A stretch of DNA of 64,000 nt from Adineta vaga (GCA_021613535.1 CP075496.1:14756001-14820000), one strand, 5' to 3'. Positions 49,087-61,666 are shown, counted from the first letter of the stretch. A program made the numbers and translations. The notes: a model not told the origin generated them from the sequence alone.

Positions 49087-50580
49087 GTGGATTATAAACT
49101 AAATATGGAGCATGCTAACGATTAAAATAACTAACAGTAAACTTTAATCAATTTTATACTATGATTACACGTATCTACGTTGCTTAATGGTGCCATTAAC
49201 GGTGAATCATTATTGAATAGAGATTTTCAAAATTCTATGGATTGTGCTGTATATTTTTCAAATAAAATGCTTCATTTCCTGACACAATCAGTTTTCTTCA
49301 TGAATGGACATCGTTTTTCTGAGTTACTTTGTACTGCACCGACGAGGTGAGGGTGACAAGGAGATAATTATCCTCACTCTCACACATTCATCATCGTTCA
49401 TCATAGTTTCAGTTGCTAGTAATCGCTGAAACAGTTCTGTTCTAGCTCATCACATGCTCATGTGAGCGTTCATTTAGTGGAAAATATGTTTTTCTTTATT
49501 TTCTTTCGTTTGCTGTCCGACATATGCAGTGAGACAATTTGTATAAGAGCAAAGATCCATAGTACAGGGTGTTCGGGAAGTTATCTACAAAAATAAATTC
49601 GAAATCTTCACTACGTCATAATCGGAAGAGGTCAAATTCTGCCCATCGGCGGGCGGTTATTTAAAGCTTTTACTAGTTTGATAGTAGTTCAACAGAAATC
49701 ATTAAAAGTACTACTCTCAACGATGGTAAAAATTCAGACTTTTCTCATTTTAGAGAAAGTAACTTAATTGTCGAATGTTTCCTTTGTTGGTGTTTTGAAA
49801 AGTTTCGCAATGATTTACATCATATACTGATATTATGAATACGTCTTTCATACATTATTGAATTAGGCAGCAATGTATAACCTTTCGCTCTTTCAATGTA
49901 ACATATACGAATCATTTCGGTGCTGCTTCACCCCGAATATGGGGAAGGAGGCTTTTTTGATATTGTAGAGCTTTACTTGCTCTTTTTCCTAGTATATGTG
50001 GCTTTTCAGCCATTTTCGATTCGCGCCTGCTAGGTCGCTAGGGATGGGTTTCTGGTCATTTCTAGGCCTAGTAGTTCATCTTAAACGATGATTTTTCTCG
50101 AGGTCTATGAGAAAAACACCGGAAAACCATCATTGCAAGTAGGTCTCGCATACAGAAGCAAAACATCTCTCAAACATGAAACTCCACGGAACTCTCCTCA
50201 TCTGACAGTAGCCCCAAAATATTTCAAAGTAGATCAAAGTTTCTGTTGCTCTAGAATCATTCATCATATCTAATTCGAGTGGGATATGGCATCTCATAAC
50301 ATTGGGTGACCAGGTTCACTGTTCCTTTCATCTTGCCCCACACCCATTGGATGTCTTTCCAGTGCAATAGTATTCGTATTCAGTCAGCATAGCAAATGTG
50401 TGGAACGGCCCATTGTGAGAGTGGCGAACCATGCAAATGCATGTTAACGATCTTTCTAGTATCTTTACGTGTCGTAAAAGGGTTGTGAATGAGCACACAT
50501 GAGTATGAATGATCGAGTTTAAGCCATTTATGTGTTTCGTGTACTGCAACATTAATCCACTGTGGACCATCCACAGAATA

Positions 50581-50617
50581 GAGTGTGAGTGTTGAGAGAC
50601 GCATCCCACACCCTCAA
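50581..50617. repeat. Telomere-like hairpin element
   Basis: gagtgtgagtg ... cccacaccctcaa. Confidence 0.6.
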
Positions 50618-51045
50618 AGAAACAAAAAACTGATACTCAAATGTCAACCAATGTGTCTAAAAATTTATTTCCATCGTTTACAACATCAAATGTAAATATA
50701 AACTAAAGAGAGTTAATTATCAGGATTTTTTAAAGTTCTATATGAAATGTTTTTCTATAGGGTCCACAAATAACTCTCATTGATCCCAATACACAAACAA
50801 CATTTATTTGGCTGATATGGAGTAAGATATACAAAATTTCGTGCAAGTAATCAATACAAAGAAATACAAAATAAGAAATGCAGTCGAATAAGAACAAAAT
50901 TTAATAAAACAGTTATTAATAATCAGATTTGTGATAAGAAATAATTTGTGCATATGTGTGTAAATATAGAACAATTCTGAAAAAAGATTGTCTAGAGTTA
51001 GAGAATTTTGAATATGGAAAGAAAAATATACTTCGTGCATATCTA

Positions 51046-51663
51046 TTAGATTGGTAACAAAGTTCTTGCGTTTTTTTTGAAAATTTTCTAAAATACTTCA
51101 GAAAGCTCTGGAAGTTTCCATATTAATGGTATATCAATGGAGCATGAATCTCTTCCGAATGATAATAAATTCATCAATATAGATGTTCATCCCTTAAAAC
51201 AACTGGTCGAAGGAGATCTTCGGTTAACTGCACGTTGTTTAGCAGAGCAGCCTGGATGCTCTCGTACTGCGGTTGGAGAAATACCTGAACGAATCAGGCA
51301 AAACATGGAGATATACAGTTTGGATACCCCTTGAGTTATCACCTCATCCGCTTCAATGTATGGTTGATGCTTGTATGGATTTAATGACATTTCGCAGCAA
51401 CTATTAGTGACTTCGCAATCTTATTACCGGCGACGAGAAGTGGGTGGTGTATATTAACTATACGCACAGACACCAGTGGCTAAGTCCTGGTCAAAATTCG
51501 CACGACTTCTAAGAACGAAGGATTCCATCTCTGCCAGAGCGTTAGCGACAAGTCATAGACATGAGTGATGATTTTATAACTGAAAGCCAGTTGTGCTGTT
51601 GAAGTTAGAAAATAAAAATAAAATTTATGAAAAAAAAACGCGAATCTTTTGTTGCCAACCTAG
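51046..51663 (+). mobile_element. Internally deleted mariner (Mos1-like) element
   Basis: TA-flanked TIRs ttagattggtaacaaag / ttttgttgccaacctag; relic motifs 'LKQLVEGD.RLTAR.LA', 'WIPLELS', 'ITGDEKWV.Y'. Confidence 0.85.
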
Positions 51664-52795
51664 TACTTGCAATGTAAAAAAGAATGAAATATTTAATCAA
51701 TTTTTTATGAGAACTTTGACAGGTTTCCGATCGAACTAAGAGAATGAATGTTTTTTTATGCAACAGACATACATTATCGATCGGTAATAATCATGTCTCG
51801 AGCAACATATGGAAAAAATGAATCATCGAATTCTGTGTGTGTGATGTTTTACTTTTTTTCTGTTTTTATTCAATCATAATTTTTCACCAGAAGGTAAAAA
51901 AACTGTTGGCATAATAAGTGCAAGATTCAAAAACGAACTACGAAGCATTCTGAACATATTCCCCCTAAATACTCAGAAAGTTTCGAAAACGTCTGATCTC
52001 ATAAATGTATATATATATACTAATTAATGCTGTACGAAACTAGCTAAAGATAGTTAGAATAAAATAAGTGAGATTCTTTCAAAATCAGATAAGATTAGAC
52101 ATTTTAGTTGTTACTATAAACCACGAGTGTTTCTAAACTGCCCATCATCTAAAATGTTCTACCTTTCCATAAACATGTTTAATCCTAATTTTGACCAGAC
52201 CATTCTAAAGTACATGCTGACGTTTCTATAGAGTTTGACAGGGAATAGTTTGGAATGAATTGAAGTATATTATACCCGTATTGTTTGAAGAAAAATAAGT
52301 GAGTGTAAGTTTTAAGTTGGAGGTTTTTAGGAACCCCCTTTCAACCCCCCTCCCCCGCCCCCGACAGACGTATTTTGATTACTGACACTACACTCTGTTC
52401 TCGTTACGAAAACTCGATTAATAGAGACAATTTTACAGCTATACTCTTGAGGGCAACAAATTCTTATAGTAAAGAGTTTTCTAAATTTTAGCTTATGCAA
52501 GTTCCACATTTTAGTCCTAGAGGGATTGCGCTTAGAAGCTTTTCTAATTAACATGTCTTTTCTTGCAAGATTATGACCATGCAAGTATGGATGTGTTGTA
52601 TTTCTAGTTTGACAACACCTCCAGCTACTCATCTGCAGTGTCATATTGAATTGAAAAACCCAGTGTATGTTCACAGTTTACTTCCCAGCGGAGCTCACCG
52701 TCACTCACTATTGCTGTTTTATTCGTTTTCTATTTCAAGTGCGCACTACTATCTCCTCAAACAAAGATCTCGAGCAATCCAGTTTGGCATCGATT

Positions 52796-53770
52796 ATGTC
52801 TACTTATGGAACAATGTTTTTTATCAATATGTTACATTTCATTTTCTGTGTTGTTTTCACTTGTTTATGTCATCTTTTTCCATCGACAATTACTCGATTG
52901 AATAGTCAAGCGTTTGCATCTCAAATTGGTCGACATTTTGGACAACAATCACATCATTTTCAACATCTTATCTGGCATATCTATCATAGATCAACGATTG
53001 ACCGTGTTATTCACGTGATCACAATCGTTTTGGATACATTGATTTGGATTTTCTTTGTAATCTATTATTTACCTATCTGTTTCCAATTGCTCGTCCTGGC
53101 TATACTTATTTTTCAAGCTTTATCTGCTCAAATCCGCTTTATGACGAATGATCATGGCAAGATTTCGAAAACGAAGATTGATCAAAGTATATGTCTCGAT
53201 TGTGATACATACCATGAGTATCCGGAAACTATTGGACATTATATTTCATTGTTTCAATTACAGTGGACTTGGAATCACGAATATGTAGGCATTTTATCTT
53301 CGTTTGTATGGATTGCATTGTATTGCAGCGGACATATGTGTCTAATACTCGTTAGTTATTCTTCATTATCATTACCATACATCCTTGAAATAATGCATGC
53401 GATCATTCTTATCAACACGTTTTCTCGAGTCATTGGTCATCTTCTGGAACCTATTCCACCATTTTTAATTGAAAATGAACAATTTTTACCATGGCGTAAC
53501 ATTAAAATGCTTACTATTATGGTCTGTGATCGTGGAGAAGTATTTCGTTTATTTCAAATTACTTTCACTGGATATTTGAGTGAATATCAAGCTGGGTGGC
53601 CGTTACGATTTCCACAAGTGTTTATACATACATGGATTTCTCTGTTGATAAATTCAAATGATGGGAAATCGATTGTGCGTCATTGTCGTGAACAGGCTTG
53701 TCGAATCCGATCAAAGGGATGGAAGGCTACACATCTCACTGAAAATATGTTTGAAGCCTTATATCATTAA
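52796..53770 (+). CDS. Multi-pass membrane protein, possibly DUF962/Mpo1-related
   Basis: Long ORF (track 52667-53770, likely start MSTYG); His motifs 'WHIYH..IDRVIH' and 'IGHLLEP.PP' resemble DUF962; several TM segments. Confidence 0.5.
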   Translation: MSTYGTMFFINMLHFIFCVVFTCLCHLFPSTITRLNSQAFASQIGRHFGQQSHHFQHLIWHIYHRSTIDRVIHVITIVLDTLIWIFFVIYYLPICFQLLVLAILIFQALSAQIRFMTNDHGKISKTKIDQSICLDCDTYHEYPETIGHYISLFQLQWTWNHEYVGILSSFVWIALYCSGHMCLILVSYSSLSLPYILEIMHAIILINTFSRVIGHLLEPIPPFLIENEQFLPWRNIKMLTIMVCDRGEVFRLFQITFTGYLSEYQAGWPLRFPQVFIHTWISLLINSNDGKSIVRHCREQACRIRSKGWKATHLTENMFEALYH

Positions 53771-53803
53771 CACTTTTCTATTGGATCCGTTTCGAACGGA
53801 AAA

Positions 53804-53854
53804 ATCTTAAGAGTGGGTGTGGGTCTCATGTATTCTGACCTACCCACACCCACA
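53804..53854. repeat. Telomere-like hairpin element, spacer type B
   Basis: atcttaaga + perfect 12-bp stem gtgggtgtgggt / acccacacccac. Confidence 0.8.
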
Positions 53855-54299
53855 GTTTGATCTTGCCTAAAAAATAATCAAAACAAATCAGTAGAATTCA
53901 TCACTAGCATTTCTGTAGACAGTACAACATTTTATTATAGGTCTCCTAAGAAACAGTATATACTAGTTTGACAATCGTGCAAACTTTTCTATTATTATTA
54001 TTGGAATAATCGAACTTTCTAATAAAATAATTGACACAAAATTGGTCTCGCACATTTCTAATTGTGACATATCGGAAAAAAGAAGCCATATAATATTGTT
54101 ATATATAATGAATAATGTGTCTCTTTCATCGTTCTGATGTAAATACTATTTGCTTTGCCATGAAACCTTTCGTTTCTTTTATGATAACGGTTAGTCGACA
54201 AGGAGGGAGACAAACAAATTTATTTTTCTCGTTTGATATAAAAACATATGAAGACTACGTTTTATTTCATGATAATAAAAATAGAAAAGGACATCAGAC

Positions 54300-56060
54300 A
54301 TGCAATTGGAATCCTTAGTCAATGAATTATTACTTGATCTATTTAAATATTTCGATGCTGTCGATCTTCTTCGTGCTTTTTATGGACTTAATTCTCGTTT
54401 TGAGAATCTTCTCTTCTGCCGCTATCAAAGTTTTCATCTCGACTTAAAATCTATTTCGAAAAAAGATTTTGATTTTATTTGTCAACAACATCTATCAAAG
54501 ATTATCGATCGAACAATTTCACTTCAACTCTCCGATGATGATGCTACACCAGGACAAACTGATTGTTTTCTTTCTTATGGTTTTATTCTTCGTCAATTTA
54601 GTTGTTTAAAGTCATTTTCATTATTAAATATTTATTCTGAAAATGCAATCAACAAATTACTAATGGAATTAAATTATCTTGAACATCTCACTTATCTCAA
54701 AATTAATACATTGGCTTATCGCCTTGAAAACGAAAATATTGAGCATTTTTTTCAGACCATTTTCAATCTACCCTATTTGACCTATTTTTATTTGAAAAAC
54801 TCGATGTCAAGCTATAATATTTGTTTGAAAACTTCCGAAGTGATTAGTTCATCGCTCCAGCATTTTATAACTGTGGATAAGACTTTTTATTTATGTGAAT
54901 TATATAGTTTATTCAAATCAACATCTCATCTTCAGCATCTGCGCATAAATATTAAAAGAGATTCTAATTTTATACCACACCCTCAAATATCGTATGTTGT
55001 TTTAACATTGACCGTACTGAAAATTTCCTTCGAAGGATCATTTACTGAGATGAGAAATCTTTTAGAAAATATGCCAAATTTATGTCGTTTAAATATTGAA
55101 ACACGGAAGTTGGACATAAATGGACATCATTGGAATGGAATTATTACCAATATTTTATTAAAACTGAAAATATTTCAACTTCGCATGCAGATTGATTTTC
55201 GTAATAATAACAATAGAGAAGAAGAAGTCGATGAATTACTTAATTCATTTCGCACTCCATTTTGGCTTGATGAACGTCAATGGTTTGTTCGATGTGATTG
55301 GAATTCAGAAATGAGATCTCACTGCACAGATCAAGACATAGTACTCTATACCTTACCTTATGCTTTTGATACTATTCTACAAATTACTTCGAATTGTTCA
55401 AAATCAACTTGTCCTCAAGATAAAAACTATTGGTCATATGATTGTGTGCATCATTTTTCATTTTTTACTCAAGGTGCCTTCAAATATTTATCTCATTGGC
55501 CTATTCAACTTTCTAACATTGAACATCTTACATTAAATTTTCCTTTCGATAATTCAATTTGGTCCATCTTTCCAAGATTAGATAAACTTATCTCACTCAA
55601 TCTATTTGGATATGAACATAATGTTCAATCTCAATTACAAACATTATTCGATCGTACACCATATCTCTATTCATTAACAGTCTACAATATGTATTTTACA
55701 CGATTATCTCTTACAAGTAATTCAATTCGTCGACTGAGTTTTTTATGGTTGGACGAACCTTTCGATGTAAACCAATGTGTTGAATTGTGTCGTTCATCGC
55801 TTTTTCAACAATGTGAAGTTCTTCAAATAAACATTAGAAATCGAAATAGTATACTTGATCTCATCAAAGAATTGCATAATCTTCGAGTATTAATTGTTAA
55901 ATGTAAAGATGACAAATGGAAAGGAGAAAATCAAATATCATCATTCACATCATCCAAACAAAAAGATGTGCTTATGAAATGGTTAAATGCTCGTTTGCCA
56001 TCGAATTACTATATTACCAGAGCTGGATATCGTCTAATTAGAGTGTGGATTGGTTATTAA
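54300..56060 (+). CDS. F-box-like / leucine-rich repeat protein (rotifer-expanded type)
   Basis: N-terminal 'LESLVNELLLDLFKYF...LLRAFYGLNSRF'; LRR-like 'L..MPNL..L.I'; 'FRTPFWL', 'LYTLPY'. Confidence 0.8.
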   Translation: MQLESLVNELLLDLFKYFDAVDLLRAFYGLNSRFENLLFCRYQSFHLDLKSISKKDFDFICQQHLSKIIDRTISLQLSDDDATPGQTDCFLSYGFILRQFSCLKSFSLLNIYSENAINKLLMELNYLEHLTYLKINTLAYRLENENIEHFFQTIFNLPYLTYFYLKNSMSSYNICLKTSEVISSSLQHFITVDKTFYLCELYSLFKSTSHLQHLRINIKRDSNFIPHPQISYVVLTLTVLKISFEGSFTEMRNLLENMPNLCRLNIETRKLDINGHHWNGIITNILLKLKIFQLRMQIDFRNNNNREEEVDELLNSFRTPFWLDERQWFVRCDWNSEMRSHCTDQDIVLYTLPYAFDTILQITSNCSKSTCPQDKNYWSYDCVHHFSFFTQGAFKYLSHWPIQLSNIEHLTLNFPFDNSIWSIFPRLDKLISLNLFGYEHNVQSQLQTLFDRTPYLYSLTVYNMYFTRLSLTSNSIRRLSFLWLDEPFDVNQCVELCRSSLFQQCEVLQINIRNRNSILDLIKELHNLRVLIVKCKDDKWKGENQISSFTSSKQKDVLMKWLNARLPSNYYITRAGYRLIRVWIGY

Positions 56061-58006
56061 GTTAACAATAGTTCGGGGTATTTCCATCTTGATAATTTGA
56101 TACGTTCTTATTCTTTCAAATGATTTGTTTAATATATATTTTTTTAAATATCTACATTTAACTTGATTGAAGGTGAGGATGCATTTTGATGGTTAGGTCT
56201 CTTCTTTATCCACATCTACACTCTGCTAACAACTTTTCATCATAAAATAACATCTGATTGATCAACATTGTGAACTATTTTGTACAAGAGAAAAAGTTGT
56301 ACAACATAGACGAGATTTAGTTGGAAGATTTTCGAAATGACTAAGTGACAACTAATTCACTAGCAACAATTAACACATTCTTCATTCGAACATGTCAATC
56401 ATACATCTAGAAAAGGAACTTGTTTTTGAAATGTTAGAATAGTATAATATTCGACTTAGAGCGTTTTAAATGATGTTTATTTTTACTTTTATCTTGGTCA
56501 ATATTTCACATTTATGTACATCTCGATAAAAGTCTTTATGTTGGAAAACATACTGCAAACACATCTTGAACTTTTGGAAAGCAATCGATGTAGTGTATTT
56601 CGTATGAAATTCACCTTATGAATAATCCGCGGCAGAACACAGTATTATAGTCTTTAGTACCATATATCTTACCGTACCAGTATGGTATACTATCAGCATC
56701 GCGCACCCATCAGTCTCTTATTTAAAGTTTTTGAAGAAACAGCTCTCGCAACTCCTTATGAAAGATTTGAGATCTTTTTTGAAATTTATCCATTGATTTT
56801 ATGGATAGAAATTGGAACTAATCGATGATGACATTAATGGTTATATTTTTAATATGTTTAAATATGTGAAAACTAGTCATAATTAGATCCGATAAAGTCC
56901 TATTATTACTTTCTGATAAGTCGCAAAAGTGAGAGTATTCACTCTTCGATAATACTTAAAAATCTATATTGAGTTATCCTTTGACAAATTCAAAATAGTG
57001 TCGTTTTATTTTCGTTTATTCTGATTTTTAGTATATGAACAAGAATAAACTTTTTGTTGCAATCATGAGAATCATATTGAGTAGCAACTTTAACTTTTAA
57101 AGCAAAGTTAAGTGTCACGTCTAGTATAGATTCAATATATTTTATTCATAATCAATCACATACAAATTCGTACCCGTACTCACACTTCTATCTTTTTTTA
57201 TCGAAATCATGATTCTTCGTCATTGTTTCTCATCCACATCCACATCCTTTTGGCTAAGCTCTATATCTTGCTGTTGAGATATTTTTAACGGGAAGTATAC
57301 TTCATTTGACAACAAAATTATATATTTATATGCGTATAGGTTGAAAATGATATTAACTACTTACCTTCAGGTAGGTATAAATATCTCGATAGCTCTTTTC
57401 TTTTCTCTACTTTGTAATACAAAAGTGTCGTTAAATATTATTATTCTTTTCTTTCCTTTTTACATACTTTTTATTAGCGTTCTTATTATCAATTTGTAGA
57501 GAAATATGACGAAGCATATTTTTTCTTTACAAAAGACGTAAAACAGCAATGCAATCTCATCGTTGATACGATGAAGAGAAAGTTTCTTCTTTGCTTACGT
57601 AGTATTGAATTCTACTTCGTAAAATATAAATACCAGATCGATGATGTAAAAGTATGAGGAAAAGTCGAAATTTTCCGAACATTATCCATATATTGCTGAT
57701 TAAATAAAATTATTAAACCAAATAACCACTGAGTTTCTATCTGCGAAGCAACACGCAAAGTCACGTGTACACATAGTTTTGTAAAAGTACTTTCCATTCG
57801 CTCATATACATTAACATGTTATTTTTTTTTCTATTACGTTTCTTCTTCATCCAAAGAACGCAAAAAAACTGCACTGTCATGTAATAATAATTCTATAGAA
57901 TACTCGACTAGAAAAAATGCTCGTCATCAGCAACATGTAAACAACAAGGAATATATATATTTAATGTTTCATACCGGAATAATTCTCACAGAAAGAAACA
58001 AACACG

Positions 58007-59490
58007 ATGGGTGTTACCGGATCACGAGAAAACAAAGATAAGAAGCCTGTTGTACTCATCGTTGGTGGTGGATATGGTAAGTAAATATTTAATAGTATGT
58101 ATTTTTGTTTATTATTTTAACTGTTAGGTGGTGTACAATGTGCTAAATCATTGGACAAAACTGGTCAATTTTTTGTCGTACTTATCGATCGTAAATCCTA
58201 CTTTTTACACAATATTGGAGCATTGCGTGCCAGCGTTGATCCAAGTTTCGCACGGCAGATATTAATTCCGTACGATCGACTGCTCACAAATGGTTTGTAG
58301 TTTATACTTGATTGTTTGTTCTTGTTTGATATCTGTATTCTAGGATGTTTTGTACAAGCCGAAATCGAAATGATCTCACCTGACGGTGTCAAAGTTCATG
58401 GGCGTGACCAACCGATTCATTTCAACTATTTGGTCATTGCTACTGGTTCATCATATGCTTTTCCTGGAAAAGTAGCTGAAACTAATCCGCCTCAGGCGCT
58501 TGTACTCTACGATAATGTTCGACAGAAAATCGAACGTGCTCAAAAGATTCTGATTATTGGTGGTGGGCCTGTCGGTATTGAAATGGCTGGTGAAATTGCA
58601 ACAGAATTTCCACAAAAAGATATAACACTTGTACACAGCGGTGTCACATTACTGTATCCGAATGTTTTCAATCCAGATATGTATACTCGATTGCAGACAC
58701 AACTCGAACGACTTGGTGTCAATATTTTACTCAACGATCGTATCGATTTGAATGCATCTACTTATTCCAAACAACAATCAAGCTTTATTGAAGGTGAACA
58801 AACATTCATAACTACAAAAAGCAAAACAAAGATCACAGTTGACTTGACATTTGTGTGTACAGGTGCAAGAGTGAATAATAAAAGTCTAAAATCAGGTCCG
58901 TTGGCTAAACATCTCGATACAGATAACGAAGGTCGCTTAAATGTCAATGGTTATTTACAAGTAGAAGGTTACACAAATATCTTTGCCATCGGTGATATCA
59001 GTAATAAGGAGAATAAACTCGCCTATCTTGCAGGCAAACAAGCTGACTATGTGGCATCGCTGATTCCACGAATTGAATTGAATAAAGGCTATCCGGATGA
59101 ATATCGTTCTCAGAAACATCAGACGATGTTTGTAACACTAGGTCGAAATGGAGGCGTAGGTCAATTGCCAACCAAAGGTGGTACGGTTGTTGGTGAGTAA
59201 AAATATATGCGCTTGATACTTAATCATAATTGTGTTATTAAACAGGATCTACAATTGTTAAGTTTTTGAAATCGAAAAGTATGTTTACTTCACAACAATG
59301 GTCGTTATTAAATCAAAAGATGACTCATTCAATACCATCAGCTGATAAAGATCAATCGAACCATAATTCAGATTACGAAAATAAATTGGACTCGTTGAAG
59401 AACGTCATGGAATTGACAGAAGAAGACGCTCAACAATTGCTTGCCGGTTTGCCTGCAAAAGAACTGACGCCTGGTCAAGATTTTATCTGA
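58007..59490 (+). CDS. AIFM2/FSP1-like FAD/NAD(P)H oxidoreductase, 4 exons
   Basis: 'MGVTGS' myristoylation-type start; 'IVGGGYGG' split by an intron; 'ATGS', 'IIGGGPVGIEMAGE', 'IFAIGD'. Confidence 0.8.
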
Positions 59491-59615
59491 AAATGATCAA
59501 TGATATATAACAACCTTGACTTAATCTCAGATTTTAATAATTTTTGTTCGTTGGTATTGTAAAATTATCTTCACTCACATTTCTTTAATACCGGCGACAG
59601 AATAAAGAAATCATT

Positions 59616-59678
59616 TGTGGGTGTGGGTGTGGGTGTCCAATAGGCGAATATCCACATCTACACCCACACTCTCAAGAT
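59616..59678. repeat. Telomere-like hairpin element, spacer type A
   Basis: (tgtggg)3 tgtccaataggcgaata tccacatctacacccacactctcaagat. Confidence 0.85.
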
Positions 59679-59843
59679 TTTAACATTTTTTTTTCAGTTA
59701 TTTCGTACTTCTCCAGATATAGCAATGGTAAGATTTATTCGCTAATATATAAGCTGATCAGTTATATCTTGAATATTTATTTCAGTTTAAAACGAATACT
59801 ATAATCGTAAAAGTAGCATTTATTTTCAGAGCTTAGTATTTAA

Positions 59844-60998
59844 TTAATTTATTTTTGGATTTGTTGTTGTTATTGCCTCAATGATGGAGATAGGGCCTTC
59901 CGTCTTGTATACATGTTTTAATTCATAACCACTTTTATTCAACAGATTGGTATATTCCGATAAACTTCTCTCTTTAGCTCCTAGATTTGATAACATGTGA
60001 ATATCTGATACATGTGCTTCCCAATTATCTTTGTTCTCTGACGTAATTATTGATTCAATTATAAACACTGTTATTGATTTTTTCATTTGTGTTTCATTTG
60101 CATTCAGTATAGATTTTAAGATTTCAATCGATTTTTCATCATTCCAATCATGAATAATAGCTTTGAATATGTAAGCATCACCTGATGGTATTGTTTCTGA
60201 TTTGAACATATCACCACTGATAAATTCATAACGATTTATTTCGATTTGTTTTCGTTGAAATTCGTTCGGATTGATTGTTTTGGCGTTTTCAATAACATGA
60301 TCTAAATCAAATAATATACCGTATAAACTCTGATATTTTTCCATAATTGATGATAGTAGTGTTCCTAATCCACCACCGATATCAACTAATGTATGAAAAC
60401 GACCAAAATCAACTGTTGAAATTATTGCTGTTGCTGTATAATTTGAATAAGAAAGCATTCCATTATTGAAAATATGTGCATATTCTTTATTTTCTTCTCT
60501 TTTCATATATTCAAACATGTTACAACCGAATGCTTGTTCAAAACAATTTCCATTTCTGTTACCAAATTTAATTATTGATGGAAAATATGAATAAGTTTTG
60601 TCTGTAATTGGATTTATAAATAGTCGAATTATGTCAGGAATTTTTGACCAATGATTACTTGTCAATAATAATCCATCTTCAGTCAATTGAAATCGAATGG
60701 TTTCTTCTGGTTGATTTGAGTTTTTTTCATCAGTATTTATTTGTGTAATAATACCAGCATCAGCAATGACACGTAATAATCGATAGAGATATTCAGCATT
60801 CCAATTGTTTTTAGGTAATTGACTTAATTCTAATGCTGTAATTGGCGTTTTGTGATCAGCCATAAGATCAGGAATACCTAATTCACAAAATGTCCATATA
60901 GCATATTCAACTATTCGATGACGTATTAATGAGAAATATTTTGATAAACCATTGAGTTCCATAGGAGAATGAATAATTTGATTGGTATTTTCTGCCAT
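59844..60998 (-). CDS. SAM-dependent O-methyltransferase (Methyltransf_2 / COMT-type with dimerisation domain)
   Basis: 'LVDIGGGLG', 'LFDL', 'GDMF', 'IIHDWND', 'GAKERS'; intronless. Confidence 0.9.
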   Translation of the reverse strand: MAENTNQIIHSPMELNGLSKYFSLIRHRIVEYAIWTFCELGIPDLMADHKTPITALELSQLPKNNWNAEYLYRLLRVIADAGIITQINTDEKNSNQPEETIRFQLTEDGLLLTSNHWSKIPDIIRLFINPITDKTYSYFPSIIKFGNRNGNCFEQAFGCNMFEYMKREENKEYAHIFNNGMLSYSNYTATAIISTVDFGRFHTLVDIGGGLGTLLSSIMEKYQSLYGILFDLDHVIENAKTINPNEFQRKQIEINRYEFISGDMFKSETIPSGDAYIFKAIIHDWNDEKSIEILKSILNANETQMKKSITVFIIESIITSENKDNWEAHVSDIHMLSNLGAKERSLSEYTNLLNKSGYELKHVYKTEGPISIIEAITTTNPKIN

Positions 60999-61598
60999 TA
61001 TTTATTCAATTGAATATGAATGAATAAATCAATGAACTAGAGAATAATATTTATTAAAAGCGAAAAATATACTTGCAACTTACTGAGAAAAATTAGTTTG
61101 TTTGGTTTTTATTTGAAAGTGACTATCTTTGAGTGATGAGAAAAAGAACACGTATTTATATATAAGTAATCATACCGTTTTCGCTTTCTTTTTTCTTTCT
61201 ATGTAAATCGACGCGAGTACGCGTGCTTATTCGTACTAAATGTATGCGTGTTTACTAAGAGGTGAGAGTATGAGTGCTGAATGAATGAAATAAGCAACAC
61301 CCTTCAGTGAGAAAGTTAAAATTGGATGATTTATGACTAGAAGTGTAATCATTTACTTAAAAGATTATCATGTATAGCTGTGCATAACAAGGATTAATTT
61401 GTCAAACTGAGACCAAAAATGGAATATTTTGTTCAAGCATTTGATTCACTTTACTGAAGAGCTCATACAACGGTAGATTGCAATTGCTTGTATAATTCTC
61501 TATCAACAATTAAGATTGGGTCTGAAAAACTAATACAGTCAATACAATTATTTACAAAGGCGTATAGAGAAGTTCAAATTCAGACGTTTTCTATAGCC

Positions 61599-61666
61599 TG
61601 AGGGTGTGGTTTTGTGTGTATCCCTTATTCATTTGAGCCCATATCCATACTCCCACCTACACCCTC
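61599..61666. repeat. Telomere-like hairpin element
   Basis: tgagggtgtgg ... cccacctacaccctc. Confidence 0.7.

Noticed and set aside
49563-49700. Possible Tc1/mariner end (tacagggtgttc...)
   Set aside because: No matching opposite TIR found by eye.
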